Source: Thainema sp.
Lineage (GTDB): Bacteria; Cyanobacteriota; Cyanobacteriia; Phormidesmidales; Phormidesmidaceae
Assembly: GCA_052168235.1 (NCBI GenBank)
Contig: JBQLZK010000086.1
Span: forward strand, 1-23,024
DNA length: 23,024 bases
Reading direction: 5' to 3'
Shown here: piece by piece, positions 1-9,242 of the stretch
Position numbering within the stretch: the first letter of the stretch is position 1
Layout of the letters: each line of letters starts with the position of its first letter
Position numbers and translations under genes: made by a program
The notes under the pieces: generated by a model
The model's input: only the letters and a program-made list of their open reading frames with translations
The model's database searches: none
Told to the model about the DNA's origin: nothing

Positions 1-41
1 CTCAAAGCGTCTTCTCTGATCACCTTAGACAATCATCTACC

Positions 42-55
42 TATTCAGCAACGCC
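42..55. mobile_element. Probable terminal inverted repeat of an IS5-like element or MITE extending left of the window
   Basis: TATTCAGCAACGCC resembles GGCGTTGCTGAATA-type ends of cyanobacterial IS5-family elements (from recollection). PepSY-like coding similarity starts abruptly right after it. Confidence 0.5.
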
Positions 56-489
56 CCGTTTCCGCCTTTCCCGCTGACCCAACTCAGGAAGTAACGATGC
101 ACATTGATCAGTACAGCGGTACAGTGCTGGCAGATGTGCGCTGGCAGGATTATGGCTTAGTTCCTAAAGCGGTCGAGATGGGAACTGCGATTCACATGGG
201 CAAATACTTTGGCCTAGCTAACCAACTGCTGATGCTGGTGGCAGCGTTGATTGTTGTGCTGCTGTCGATTACCGGAGCCATTATGTGGTGGCAGCGCCGT
301 CCCCGCGAAAGCGGCCTCATCGGTGCGCCAGCAATGCCTGCTCATGTGCAAAGTTGGCGGGTTCCCTTAGCAATTGTTGCGGTTTTAGGATTAGCGTTTC
401 CCTTAGTCGGCCTGTCGCTCGTGATTGTGCTGCTGCTGGACTACTTCTTGTTGCGCCGTATCCCGGCGCTCAGACATATCTTCAACTAG
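56..489 (+). pseudogene. 3' part of a PepSY-associated TM helix (iron-regulated membrane protein) gene, probably interrupted at ~55/56
   Basis: VSAFPADPTQEVTMHIDQYSGTVL...GTAIHMGKYFGLANQL...GAIMWWQRRP are typical PepSY_TM C-terminal motifs. The in-frame upstream sequence (LKASSLITLDNHLPIQQRP) does not look family-like. ATG 97 is internal. Confidence 0.7.
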
Positions 490-525
490 AGAGATGGTTT
501 GCTTACTCTGAGCCATCCACATATA

Positions 526-614
526 TAGCGGTTCTAGATAAAAGCGAGAGAGGAGAGTGCCTCATCCTGAGGCACTCTCCTCTCTCGCTTTCTCACCCTT
601 AATTGGAATCACTA
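526..614. mobile_element. MITE-like element, family A copy 1 (89 bp, TA-flanked, palindromic core)
   Basis: TA[TAGCGGTTCTA...TGGAATCACTA]TA. Perfect 24-bp inverted repeat at 541-564/568-591 with a 3-nt loop. Same architecture as 12212-12302. Confidence 0.6.
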
Positions 615-665
615 TAGGAATGCTGTCTTTTGAAGGCGTAGAAGAAGAAGATTGGTAAGTTTTAT

Positions 666-710
666 AAAAGAAAAAGAGTGCATCATCACTGCCCCTGGAT
701 CATGCACTCT
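666..710 (-). terminator. Rho-independent terminator of the RTX gene
   Basis: Minus strand: AGAGTGCATGATC...GATGATGCACTCT hairpin followed by TTTTCTTTT. Confidence 0.6.
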
Positions 711-776
711 ACACATCATGAATTGTGATTAGTTGTGGTCAAGAAGACCTTTAAGCCAGAACCGCCAAGCTAACTT

Positions 777-3695
777 CTAGCTCACGGTCAAATCTGCGAA
801 CAAATCGCTCGCCTGCACATTGACAAAGCCAGCTAATGGCGCTCCTGTAGTGGTTAGCAGCAGCGCATCGCTGCCCGACTGCACGACGCTAACCTGTCCC
901 AGCGTTAGGCCATCGGTTAAGACCACCTGATCGATGCCAGCCTCGTAGTCGAAGACAATATCGACACCGGAGGTGGGGCTGATGACGAATTGGTCAGCAC
1001 CAGCGCCACCAAACAGCGCATCGCTGTCGGAACCACCGTCGATCAAGTCGTCACCAGCGCCACCGTTGAGTAAATCCGTGCCGTTCCCGCCGCTCAGCTC
1101 GTCAGCACCAGCGCCACCATGCAAAATATCGTCGCCATCTTCACCGTTGAGCAAATCCCGACGGCCCAGGCCACTGATGACATCATTGCCATCGCCACCC
1201 AGAGTCTGATCGCGTCCATCGGTACCATTGAGAACGTCATTGTCAGGTGTTCCAGAAATGACGGGGCCAAAAGAGGGAGGATTGACAGCAGTCAATTCGT
1301 CGAGCAGCGTAAAACCAGCTTGGATATTCCCCGGATCAACCGTATAGCCATCACCCGGCAGCAGATCCAAGGAAATCACCTCATCGGCTTCCAGCTCGGT
1401 ATCGCCAGGGAAGGGCGTGACCGTTAGCCGGGCCTCGGTTGCGCCTTCTTCAATCGTGACTGATGAGACGAAGCCGGGAATGGGACGCACGGTGAAATCG
1501 CTAATATTTTCGCCGCTGATCTCCACATCCACATCTCCTGCCACAGGATCAGTGTCGCCTGCTTGGAAATTAATGGTTAATCCCCCAGCAGGTGCGGGTT
1601 CCGACAACTGGAAAACGAAACTGCCGCTGTTTTGATCCGCTTCAGAAAGGAACGCATCGGTATCTGGGTAGACACTCACCGTCGGCAGACCATTAACCGT
1701 ACCGCCTAACAGGGGATTGTCCGGCAGATGGGTAAAGCTGCTTGTGTCCAGAGAAGCGGCATCGACGAAGGGAAGAAATGCGATCGCATCTCCCGTCGTC
1801 TTCGAGATAATCACCGTGCTGTTAAACAGGCTGTTGATTTCCAGGTCATCAACATCTAGGCCACTGAGGGAAAGGGAATCTTGGCCAACGGTGAAATCCG
1901 CCACAACCGTAAAGCCCTGGTCGGAAAGAACGACGGTGTCATGTCCCGCGCCTGTGAGGACAAAATTCACGCCTGATCCAGCATTGATGGTGTCATTACC
2001 CGCGCCCGCATCAATGAAATCATTGCCAGAGCCACCGGAAATTAAGTCATCACCGTCGTTACTGAGGATAAAATCATCGCCTGTGCCGCCTGCGAAGATA
2101 TCATCAGCGTCGCTGCCAATTAGCTGATCGTTGCCGCCGTTGCCAAACACGACGCCGTCAACAGAACCATTAGCTGTGCCATCAGTCCCGACATATACAT
2201 CATTGTTCTGGCTTAGCCGCACATCGCCAACGATCTCGCCCGTGTTGATTAGCGTAATTGGGCTAACGGCACCGCTGGTATCCACTGCCAACTGTCCACT
2301 GAAGGAATCAGAGAGTCCGCCCGTGATTAAGCCGCTATTGGTGATCACGCCATTCAGCGCCACCCGGTCGTCAATCAGTAGCGTTGCGCCTTGCTCCGCT
2401 GCGAGTTCACCGTGGTTGATGATGTCACCGTTGAACTGGGAGACGGGTGCGCCTGCGCTTTCCACCCAGTAGAGCCGAATTGCTGACGATGCCGTGTTGG
2501 TGTCGGGAACGGGCGTGCCGCGCCCCTGCACTAAACCCGTATTGAGAATGCTGCCGTTGACGACTGCGCCCAATTCTAGAGCAATGGCATCACCGTTATT
2601 GCCGTGGCCAACATCGATCAGGCCGCTGTTTTCAATCTCAATATTGAGCGCTGTAACGTCGCCGTAGACGGTGCCATTGCGCGGATCATCAGTGGTGAGA
2701 ATTGTGCCGGAGTTGATCAGAGTATTGAAATTGCCGCCCAAATTCACTGCTCGACTGGTGCCTTCGATCAGTCCTTCATTGACGATAGTTGCGATCGCAG
2801 TTCCACCGTTGCCAACATCGATGCCCGTGCGTCCGCCGCTAATCTCGCCCCGCCGACCGTTAAAAATGGTGCCGTTTATCGTTGCGCCATCTTCAATCCG
2901 AATGCCAACACCGTTATCGGGATCGAGGCTTTCAATCCGTCCATCATTGCGAATATCGCCATTTAGAATCACATATTCTTCGACGACAACTGCTGGGCCA
3001 GTTTCGGCGGCGAGTAAACCACGCCGGAGATTTTCAATATCGCCGTTGAAGGTTGAGGTGGGGCCAGCGTCAGGCACCCAGTAGAGGCGCACCGCTGCCG
3101 CTTGGTTGTTACCGAGCGCGACGCCCCGACCCTGAAGGACACCAGAGTTGCGGATCAGACCGTTGACCGTTGAGCCTAGCTCCAGCGAAATAGCGTCGCC
3201 GTTGTTGCCGTGGCCAACGTCGATTACGCCGCTATTGCGATTCACGATAAAGATGTTCTGCGCCGTAACATCGCCGTATACCGTACCGTTGCGCGGATCG
3301 GCTGAGGTGGTAATCAAACCGCGATTGTCCAACAGCGCACCAATGCCGCCAATATTGACTGCTCGGCTTTCACTGGTGATGATGCCTTGGGGCCGATTAA
3401 AAATTTGGGCAAATGCGGCGTCCCCATTGGCGACATCAATGCCGTTGAAGTCACCGCTAATTAGGCCACGATTATCAATTTCAGTATTCAAGCCCTCAAC
3501 TCGAATTGCCGTACTTTCGGATAAGATTTCGCCTGACTGATTCACGCGAACGTCATTGTTAAACCCTTGGGTGAGAACGCCAATTTCGTCGCCAATAGTT
3601 TGTAAGGTGCCATTGACTCGCAGACGCTCCTCAAATTCTGAGAGGACAACGCCAGTTTGCTGAGTTTGGCCGTTGGGAATAGTTTGGTTTGCCAT
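777..3695 (-). CDS. Large secreted calcium-binding RTX protein (972 aa): duplicated N-terminal beta-helix module, RTX repeats, Calx-beta-like domain, RTX repeats
   Basis: Two clusters of GGxGxDxLx nonapeptides. N-terminal Gly/Asn-rich NxGxI repeats with an internal ~204-aa duplication. FVFQLSEPAPAGGLTINF...EADEVISLDLLPGDGYTVD is Calx-beta-like. No Sec signal peptide, consistent with type I secretion. Confidence 0.85.
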   Translation of the reverse strand: MANQTIPNGQTQQTGVVLSEFEERLRVNGTLQTIGDEIGVLTQGFNNDVRVNQSGEILSESTAIRVEGLNTEIDNRGLISGDFNGIDVANGDAAFAQIFNRPQGIITSESRAVNIGGIGALLDNRGLITTSADPRNGTVYGDVTAQNIFIVNRNSGVIDVGHGNNGDAISLELGSTVNGLIRNSGVLQGRGVALGNNQAAAVRLYWVPDAGPTSTFNGDIENLRRGLLAAETGPAVVVEEYVILNGDIRNDGRIESLDPDNGVGIRIEDGATINGTIFNGRRGEISGGRTGIDVGNGGTAIATIVNEGLIEGTSRAVNLGGNFNTLINSGTILTTDDPRNGTVYGDVTALNIEIENSGLIDVGHGNNGDAIALELGAVVNGSILNTGLVQGRGTPVPDTNTASSAIRLYWVESAGAPVSQFNGDIINHGELAAEQGATLLIDDRVALNGVITNSGLITGGLSDSFSGQLAVDTSGAVSPITLINTGEIVGDVRLSQNNDVYVGTDGTANGSVDGVVFGNGGNDQLIGSDADDIFAGGTGDDFILSNDGDDLISGGSGNDFIDAGAGNDTINAGSGVNFVLTGAGHDTVVLSDQGFTVVADFTVGQDSLSLSGLDVDDLEINSLFNSTVIISKTTGDAIAFLPFVDAASLDTSSFTHLPDNPLLGGTVNGLPTVSVYPDTDAFLSEADQNSGSFVFQLSEPAPAGGLTINFQAGDTDPVAGDVDVEISGENISDFTVRPIPGFVSSVTIEEGATEARLTVTPFPGDTELEADEVISLDLLPGDGYTVDPGNIQAGFTLLDELTAVNPPSFGPVISGTPDNDVLNGTDGRDQTLGGDGNDVISGLGRRDLLNGEDGDDILHGGAGADELSGGNGTDLLNGGAGDDLIDGGSDSDALFGGAGADQFVISPTSGVDIVFDYEAGIDQVVLTDGLTLGQVSVVQSGSDALLLTTTGAPLAGFVNVQASDLFADLTVS

Positions 3696-3778
3696 TGGAA
3701 ATCGCCTCGTTATCGATGGGGGTGTCGAAAACGCGAAGATGCCAAAATCCGGATTTTGAAGATCTTGAGAGCAGTGAA

Positions 3779-4102
3779 TTGAGCTGATTCAGTTCAACTT
3801 GTTCTCTGTGCGCTTGTGTTTAGCATGCCGGATATTGCTCCCATGAATTACTCAGTTTTGAGCCGATTTCCAGCGAGTTGTGATATCGATCAACCTCTCG
3901 AAAAGCTTATCTGAAGACAATTTCAAGCCTGCTTCAGCAAATTCTCAGACTGCATTTATTCACCATTCAGATACAGATTTTGTCCAATCGTGTAAGGCGT
4001 GATTTGGGAATGTCTAGCATACTTCTGAAAAACTGCGATCGCACTTTTGCGTTTCAGTTGTTTCAGTTATTTTGAGATTCTCAGTTAGTTCTCAGCTTCA
4101 GG
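3779..4102. promoter_or_regulatory. Divergent promoter region with repeated TCAGTT motifs (candidate operator)
   Basis: TCAGTT at 3789, 3852, 4054, 4063 and 4081, TCAGCT at 4092. Near-palindrome TTGAGCTGA-T-TCAGTTCAA at 3779-3797. Confidence 0.4.
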
Positions 4103-4138
4103 CCCTATAACAGGCAAAGTGAGCGCACGGAGTGGATC

Positions 4139-5560
4139 ATGGCAGACTCACTCAGGATGTCTGATAGCGGACTACAGATTATGGAGCGAGCCCGCCGCCT
4201 CAAGCACTGGCACAAAACCTCAGAAGCCTGGTGCATGGAGGCCTTTACCTCTCGCGCCACGCTGAACCGCTTTTGGCGGCAGCAGCCGATTCGCAGCGAA
4301 ACCTTTATCTCCATCTGCAAAGCTGTATCTGTGGACTGGCAGACAGTTGCCGAACCAAACGTCACCTCTGATCCCGTCAGTCCAATCCCACTGAACACCG
4401 TATCGGTTGCCCCCGTTCCAATTGGGACTACTGGCTTCCAGACCGACTGGGCCGATGCCCCCGAAATTCTCAACTTTGTTGGTCGCGCGGAGGAACTGCA
4501 AACGCTGAGTCAGTGGCTAGAGGATGAAACCTGTCGTCTAATTTTGCTGTTGGGTACGGGCGGCGTGGGCAAAACGGCTCTGGCCGTTCACAATGCGCGC
4601 CTATCCCAACCCGCATTTGATGGGATTATCTGGCAGTCGCTCCGCAATGCGCCAACGGCTGCATCCGTGATTCACAACTGCATTGCCACGCTTGCGCCTC
4701 AGTCCGTGTCCCAACTGCCGCCGCATTTAGACAGCTTGATAAACTGGCTGCTCAAAACGCTGCGGCAGCACCGCTGCCTGTGGATTCTTGACAATCTGGA
4801 ATCTGTACTCCAGCCTGGTAGCCGCACAGGAGCCTATCGTCCAGGCTTTGAAGGCTATGGACAACTGTTGCGATCGCTAAGTGACGCACCGCATCAAAGC
4901 CAGATTCTGGTGACATCGCGGGAGTTACCCAAGGGAATTGGGTTTCGCATTGGACGGGAGTCATCTGTACGAAGCTTGAATCTGGCGGGACTGCCAGCAA
5001 CAGATATTCAGCTCCTTCTACAGGCCAAAGGTGATTTTGTCGGATCAACTTCAGACTGGCAGGCACTGACTGAGCGCTACGCAGGTAATCCGTTGATGCT
5101 GACTATGGTTGTCTCGATGATTCGTGATTGTTTCGACAGTAGTCTGGCTAAATTTCTCCAGTACATACAGCAAGAACCGTTCATCCTGGATGACATTTGC
5201 CAGCTGATCGACGATCAGGTGCAGCGACTGCCGAAACTGGAACAGTCGATCCTGACCTGGTTAGCCATTCACCGCATTTCTGTTTCCCTCACGGATTTAC
5301 AACAACAGGGTTTTATTGAGCCACCCCTGACGCGGGATTTGTTGCAGGCAATCGCTTCACTACAAGTGCGATCGCACATCCAAAAGCAAGGCGACCAGTT
5401 CACACTGCCCCCAATTGTGATGGAAGCGATCGCGGCGCGATATGCATATTCACTTAATGACGAGAACTCCTGTTGTAGAGATCTCATGGATATGCGATCG
5501 CACTTAGCCTCGGAACGGAAAGCTGATAGCCTAAGTCAATGTAATGACAAGATGGCATAG
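4139..5560 (+). CDS. NB-ARC (STAND) NTPase with N-terminal Cro/XRE-like HTH and no C-terminal repeat domain
   Basis: N-terminal W..EAFTSRATLNRFW...TFISICKAV..DWQ HTH. DWADAP..FVGRAEEL, Walker A GTGGVGKT, Walker B LWILDNLE, LVTSRE, YAGNPLML, winged-helix end FTLPPIVME. Confidence 0.85.
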   Translation: MADSLRMSDSGLQIMERARRLKHWHKTSEAWCMEAFTSRATLNRFWRQQPIRSETFISICKAVSVDWQTVAEPNVTSDPVSPIPLNTVSVAPVPIGTTGFQTDWADAPEILNFVGRAEELQTLSQWLEDETCRLILLLGTGGVGKTALAVHNARLSQPAFDGIIWQSLRNAPTAASVIHNCIATLAPQSVSQLPPHLDSLINWLLKTLRQHRCLWILDNLESVLQPGSRTGAYRPGFEGYGQLLRSLSDAPHQSQILVTSRELPKGIGFRIGRESSVRSLNLAGLPATDIQLLLQAKGDFVGSTSDWQALTERYAGNPLMLTMVVSMIRDCFDSSLAKFLQYIQQEPFILDDICQLIDDQVQRLPKLEQSILTWLAIHRISVSLTDLQQQGFIEPPLTRDLLQAIASLQVRSHIQKQGDQFTLPPIVMEAIAARYAYSLNDENSCCRDLMDMRSHLASERKADSLSQCNDKMA

Positions 5561-5569
5561 GATTCTCGC

Positions 5570-7306
5570 TTGAAAAACCGCTCTAGCTACTGGCAGCTCA
5601 TACCGTATCTGCATCCGCAGTGGCCCACCATTGCCCAGGCTCTTGTTTGCACGGTCTTCTTCACCGCATTTTGGCCAATTCTGGCTTGGCTAGCAGGCGA
5701 AATGCTGGGTGTATTGGTGCAGGGGCAAGTAGCTGCGCTAGCTCGGCTAGCGGCAATCACCGCAGCAGGCTTTTTGATTCAAAAAATTGCTCAGTACGGT
5801 CAAGATGCACTGATGGCGAAAGCGGCACTTGAGATCGCGCTTGATCTGCGAAAAAAAGTGTATACCCATCTCCAGCGGCTCAGCCTCAGCTACTTCGAAA
5901 CCGCCAAGACAGGCGACCTGTCCTATCGGATGACCGAGGATATTGACCGGATCGGCGAAGTGATCAACAAAGTTTTTCACGACTTTACGCCCTGCGTGTT
6001 GCAGCTCATCGTCGTGCTGGGCTACATGATTTATCTCAACTGGCAACTGACGCTAGCGACGTTCATTGTTGCGCCACTGATGGGGGTGCTGATTGGCTGG
6101 TTCGGTCAAAAGCTGCTGGAGTTTTCTCGCCGCAGTCAAAGCCGCATTTCTGATTTATCATCGCTGCTGACCGAGGTGTTCAGCGGTATTCGGCTGGTTC
6201 GGGCTTTTGCTGCTGAAGATTATGAGATTGAGCGTTTCAGCCACGAAGCGGAACGCAATCGACAGGCCAAATATTCAGCCGCATGGCTACGAGCCGTGCA
6301 GTTTCCGGTTGTCGGCTTTCTACAGGCGATTAGCGTTTTACTCTTGCTCCTGCTCGGCAGTTGGCAGATCTCCCAGGGCAATTTAACCGGGCCAGAGTTC
6401 GGCAGCTTCGTCGCTGCCGTGGGACTGCTGATTGACCCGATTGCCCACCTGACCGAAAACTACAACGAATTCAAGCAGGGAGAAGCCTCAGTTGATCGAG
6501 TGTTTGAGCTAACGGCGATTCGGCCTGCTGTCCTAGAAGCGCCCGATGCGATCGCACTTCCACCCGTGACGGGCAAAGTTGAATACTGCAACGTCACCTT
6601 TAGCTATCACGCTGATCAACCCGTGCTACAAGAGCTAAATCTGCTGGCCTTTCCCGGAGAGGCGATTGCCCTAGTTGGCCCATCCGGTGCTGGAAAAACC
6701 ACGCTGGTCAATCTGCTGCCCCGGTTTTATGACCCCCAGGGCGGCCAGATTTTAATTGACGGTCAGGACATTCGCACCGTCACCATTCAAAGCCTGCGTC
6801 GCCAAATTGGCATTGTGCCCCAGGAAACGGTGCTGTTCTCCGGTACGATTGCTCAGAACATCGCCTTCGGGCAGGCGCAGTTTGATCTAGAAGCGGTCAA
6901 AGAAGCAGCGAGAATCGCCAACGCGCATCAGTTCATCAGCGAATTTGCCGACGGCTATCAAACCTGGGTGGGCGAGCGCGGCGTCAACCTATCCGGTGGT
7001 CAAAAACAGCGAATTGCGATCGCACGTGCCGTTCTGCTCAATCCCCGCATTTTGATCCTGGATGAGGCGACTTCAGCACTTGATTCGGAGTCTGAGACCT
7101 TAGTGCAGGAAGCCCTAGAGCGACTCATGGTCGGCAAAACCGTGTTCATCATTGCCCATCGTCTAGCCACCGTGCGCCGCGCCGATCGCATTCTGGTACT
7201 AGAGCAGGGCCGCATTGTGGAGTCAGGCACCCATACCGAACTTTTGGCCAAGGGCGATCGCTATGCCCAGTTCTATGCTCAGCAGTTTGGCAGAGGTGAG
7301 GAGTAA
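5570..7306 (+). CDS. ABC exporter, fused permease/ATPase (MsbA-like), TTG start
   Basis: N-terminal TM domain. GPSGAGKT, LSGGQKQRIAIARA, ILDEATSALD and IAHRL motifs. Confidence 0.93.
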   Translation: MKNRSSYWQLIPYLHPQWPTIAQALVCTVFFTAFWPILAWLAGEMLGVLVQGQVAALARLAAITAAGFLIQKIAQYGQDALMAKAALEIALDLRKKVYTHLQRLSLSYFETAKTGDLSYRMTEDIDRIGEVINKVFHDFTPCVLQLIVVLGYMIYLNWQLTLATFIVAPLMGVLIGWFGQKLLEFSRRSQSRISDLSSLLTEVFSGIRLVRAFAAEDYEIERFSHEAERNRQAKYSAAWLRAVQFPVVGFLQAISVLLLLLLGSWQISQGNLTGPEFGSFVAAVGLLIDPIAHLTENYNEFKQGEASVDRVFELTAIRPAVLEAPDAIALPPVTGKVEYCNVTFSYHADQPVLQELNLLAFPGEAIALVGPSGAGKTTLVNLLPRFYDPQGGQILIDGQDIRTVTIQSLRRQIGIVPQETVLFSGTIAQNIAFGQAQFDLEAVKEAARIANAHQFISEFADGYQTWVGERGVNLSGGQKQRIAIARAVLLNPRILILDEATSALDSESETLVQEALERLMVGKTVFIIAHRLATVRRADRILVLEQGRIVESGTHTELLAKGDRYAQFYAQQFGRGEE

Positions 7307-7327
7307 GGCGAGAGGAGTGAGGAGTCA

Positions 7328-7358
7328 GTAGGGTGTGTTGAGTGAAGCGAAACGCACC
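7328..7358 (+). repeat. GTAG-type REP
   Basis: GTAG-GGTGTGTT-GAGTGAAGCGA-AACGCACC: GTAG tetranucleotide followed by an imperfect palindrome. Preceded by GAGGAGT-like heptamers. Confidence 0.6.
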
Positions 7359-7519
7359 GTTTCTAGGGCTGTAGAGGCGGTAAAGGGCTGTAAGGGGAAT
7401 TGAAGAACTTGATGAAGTGGATAGGTAATAAGGGGGACAAAGTAATGGATTAGATTAGCTTTGCCAAGCAGTTACGCGATCACCCATCTACCCCCTCACG
7501 CAACACTAATTTGCCGGAG

Positions 7520-7894
7520 CTAGAGCGTCTCAAGGTAGCGCAGCAAATCTGCCATATCTTCAGGACTGGGCTGAAACTGCGGCATAGGTGGCGTTTCGCC
7601 GCTGGTAACCTGATGAATTAGACCGACGTTTGATTTGCGCTCAGAAATGTGGTGCAAACTGGGGCCAACACGACCATCGGCGGTGACACCGTGACAGCTC
7701 GCGCAGTTCATCTGAAAAATTGCATAACCGCGATCAGCGTCGCCAGGTTGGTTCATCACAGCTTTGATATAGGGATCGGCAGTCTGCGCCTGCCCAATTC
7801 CCCACATCACCGCCAAAATTGCCATCGAAATAACCACAAATGCGATCGCAACCCGCTGGATGATATTTTCTATGGTGAGCGACTGATTATCCAA
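7520..7894 (-). CDS. cytM: Cytochrome cM
   Basis: N-terminal TM helix, DPYIK, heme motif CASCH, GETPPMPQFQPSPEDMADLLRYLETL. Divergent from petG as in other cyanobacteria. Likely TTG start at 7894 (MDNQ); alternative 7921. Confidence 0.9.
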   Translation of the reverse strand: MDNQSLTIENIIQRVAIAFVVISMAILAVMWGIGQAQTADPYIKAVMNQPGDADRGYAIFQMNCASCHGVTADGRVGPSLHHISERKSNVGLIHQVTSGETPPMPQFQPSPEDMADLLRYLETL

Positions 7895-8173
7895 GGGTTT
7901 CTCAATCAAGTTTGTAACCAAATTAATGCGGTAAACAATATTTATTCACACAACAACAACATAGCTTAAAGTTTGGAGCTTAGGGCAGCGAATCCCCAAA
8001 ACAGGGGAGAACCCCCTATTTTTCAGCAAAAAGCTGGTGTTTTGTTTGTAAAATTGCTCAACATTTAGAGCCTTGTGTGGGCTAAGATACCTAGTAATAT
8101 TAGATATTGGGCAAAATTCTTAAACTCTTTTTACATTTTGCCGCCGCTGTGTTCACGATTTAGGAGAAACGAC

Positions 8174-8290
8174 GTGGTTGAGCCTTTACTATCTGGCATT
8201 GTCTTAGGTTTAATTCCGGTTACGCTGGCTGGATTGTTCGTCGCTGCTTACTTGCAGTACCGTCGGGGCAATCAGCTCGACATCGAATAG
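8174..8290 (+). CDS. petG: Cytochrome b6f complex subunit V (38 aa)
   Basis: [41 protein letters not shown] start with AGGAG RBS at 8162-8166. Confidence 0.97.
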   Translation: MVEPLLSGIVLGLIPVTLAGLFVAAYLQYRRGNQLDIE

Positions 8291-8312
8291 GCATTTCTAT
8301 ATCCCTAACAAT

Positions 8313-8347
8313 CAGAAAGGGGGGTCGCTCAGCGGCCCCCCTTTCTG
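8313..8347. terminator. Bidirectional terminator between convergent petG and rsmD
   Basis: CAGAAAGGGGGGTCGCT...CGGCCCCCCTTTCTG GC-rich hairpin. Confidence 0.75.
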
Positions 8348-8355
8348 GTTAAAGT

Positions 8356-8907
8356 TTAGTCCTGCGCGCTGCGCTGATAGAATGCGATCGCAGTATTGCC
8401 GTAGACTTTTTGTCGATAGCACTCTAACCCTGAAAAGCTTTGGGGTTGCCACAGATCGGGCTGATGTTCAACCGCCAGTTCGCCATCCGGTGCCAAAAGT
8501 TGCAGTTGTGCGATCGCAGTCAAAACGGGTTCATACAGTCCCCCAGCATAGGGCGGATCAAAATAAATGCGGTCAAACGATTGGCCTGCCAGATCCTTGA
8601 GCTTCGCCACCACATTGCCCCGCAGGATCTGAACCGATTGTTCTGGCTTTGCCACCTGCTGCCAGTTCTGCCGAATCACACCACAGGCTTTACTAGACTG
8701 CTCAATGCCAATCACCTCAGTTGCTCCACGACACAGGGCTTCGGCTCCCATCGCTCCACTGCCCGCACAGAGATCCAGCCAGCGACAGCCGCTAATCTGC
8801 CCCTGCCAAATATTAAACAGCGCCTCACGTACCCGTGCCGGAGTCGGACGAGTGACCTGTCCCGGCAGGGTTTTCAACGTACGGTTGCCATAAATTCGCA
8901 GAGACAT
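8356..8907 (-). CDS. rsmD: 16S rRNA (guanine(966)-N2)-methyltransferase
   Basis: LRIYG...TRPTPARVREALFNI, LDLCAGSGAMGAEALCRGA, YFDPPY, YGNT. Confidence 0.93.
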   Translation of the reverse strand: MSLRIYGNRTLKTLPGQVTRPTPARVREALFNIWQGQISGCRWLDLCAGSGAMGAEALCRGATEVIGIEQSSKACGVIRQNWQQVAKPEQSVQILRGNVVAKLKDLAGQSFDRIYFDPPYAGGLYEPVLTAIAQLQLLAPDGELAVEHQPDLWQPQSFSGLECYRQKVYGNTAIAFYQRSAQD

Positions 8908-8948
8908 GAAGTTTATCGGTTAGGTTGATAAAAGCAACCCACATCCCC

Positions 8949-8977
8949 ATGAGTTGCACGTCGCTCACCCATCCTAC
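8949..8977 (-). repeat. Degenerate GTAG-type REP
   Basis: Minus strand GTAGG-ATGGGT...ACTCAT. Confidence 0.4.
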
Positions 8978-9056
8978 AAAAACTTAGCCTGAATTATTCA
9001 CAGCGCAGGATGAGCAGTGCCCCACCAGAACCTTAAATCCAGGACAGTAAGCTAAT

Positions 9057-9076
9057 GGTGGGCAGTGCCACCCTAC
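9057..9076 (-). repeat. GTAG-type REP
   Basis: Minus strand GTAG-GGTGGCACTGCCCACC, followed on the plus strand by CACCTAA/CCCAATA-like heptamers (9080-9111). Confidence 0.55.
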
Positions 9077-9242
9077 AGAGCACCTAATACCCAATAACCC
9101 AGCACCTAATATCTCATTTCTATCAAGCGGCAGCCGCCGTGCATCCGACTTTTCTTTCCCCAGATAGATCTCCGCCGGGGCTGCCTCTGCGAAGCTGGTG
9201 AAATAAAAAGTAGCAGTGATATTACAATTTGCGGGATCTTTT

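Noticed and set aside
973..3540. Multiple plus-strand ORFs of 72-137 aa opposite the RTX gene
   Set aside because: Antisense shadow frames of a Gly/Asp-rich gene; Ser/Pro-rich with no motifs.
8075..8173. N-terminal extension of petG in the ORF track
   Set aside because: RBS plus GTG at 8174 gives the standard 38-aa PetG.
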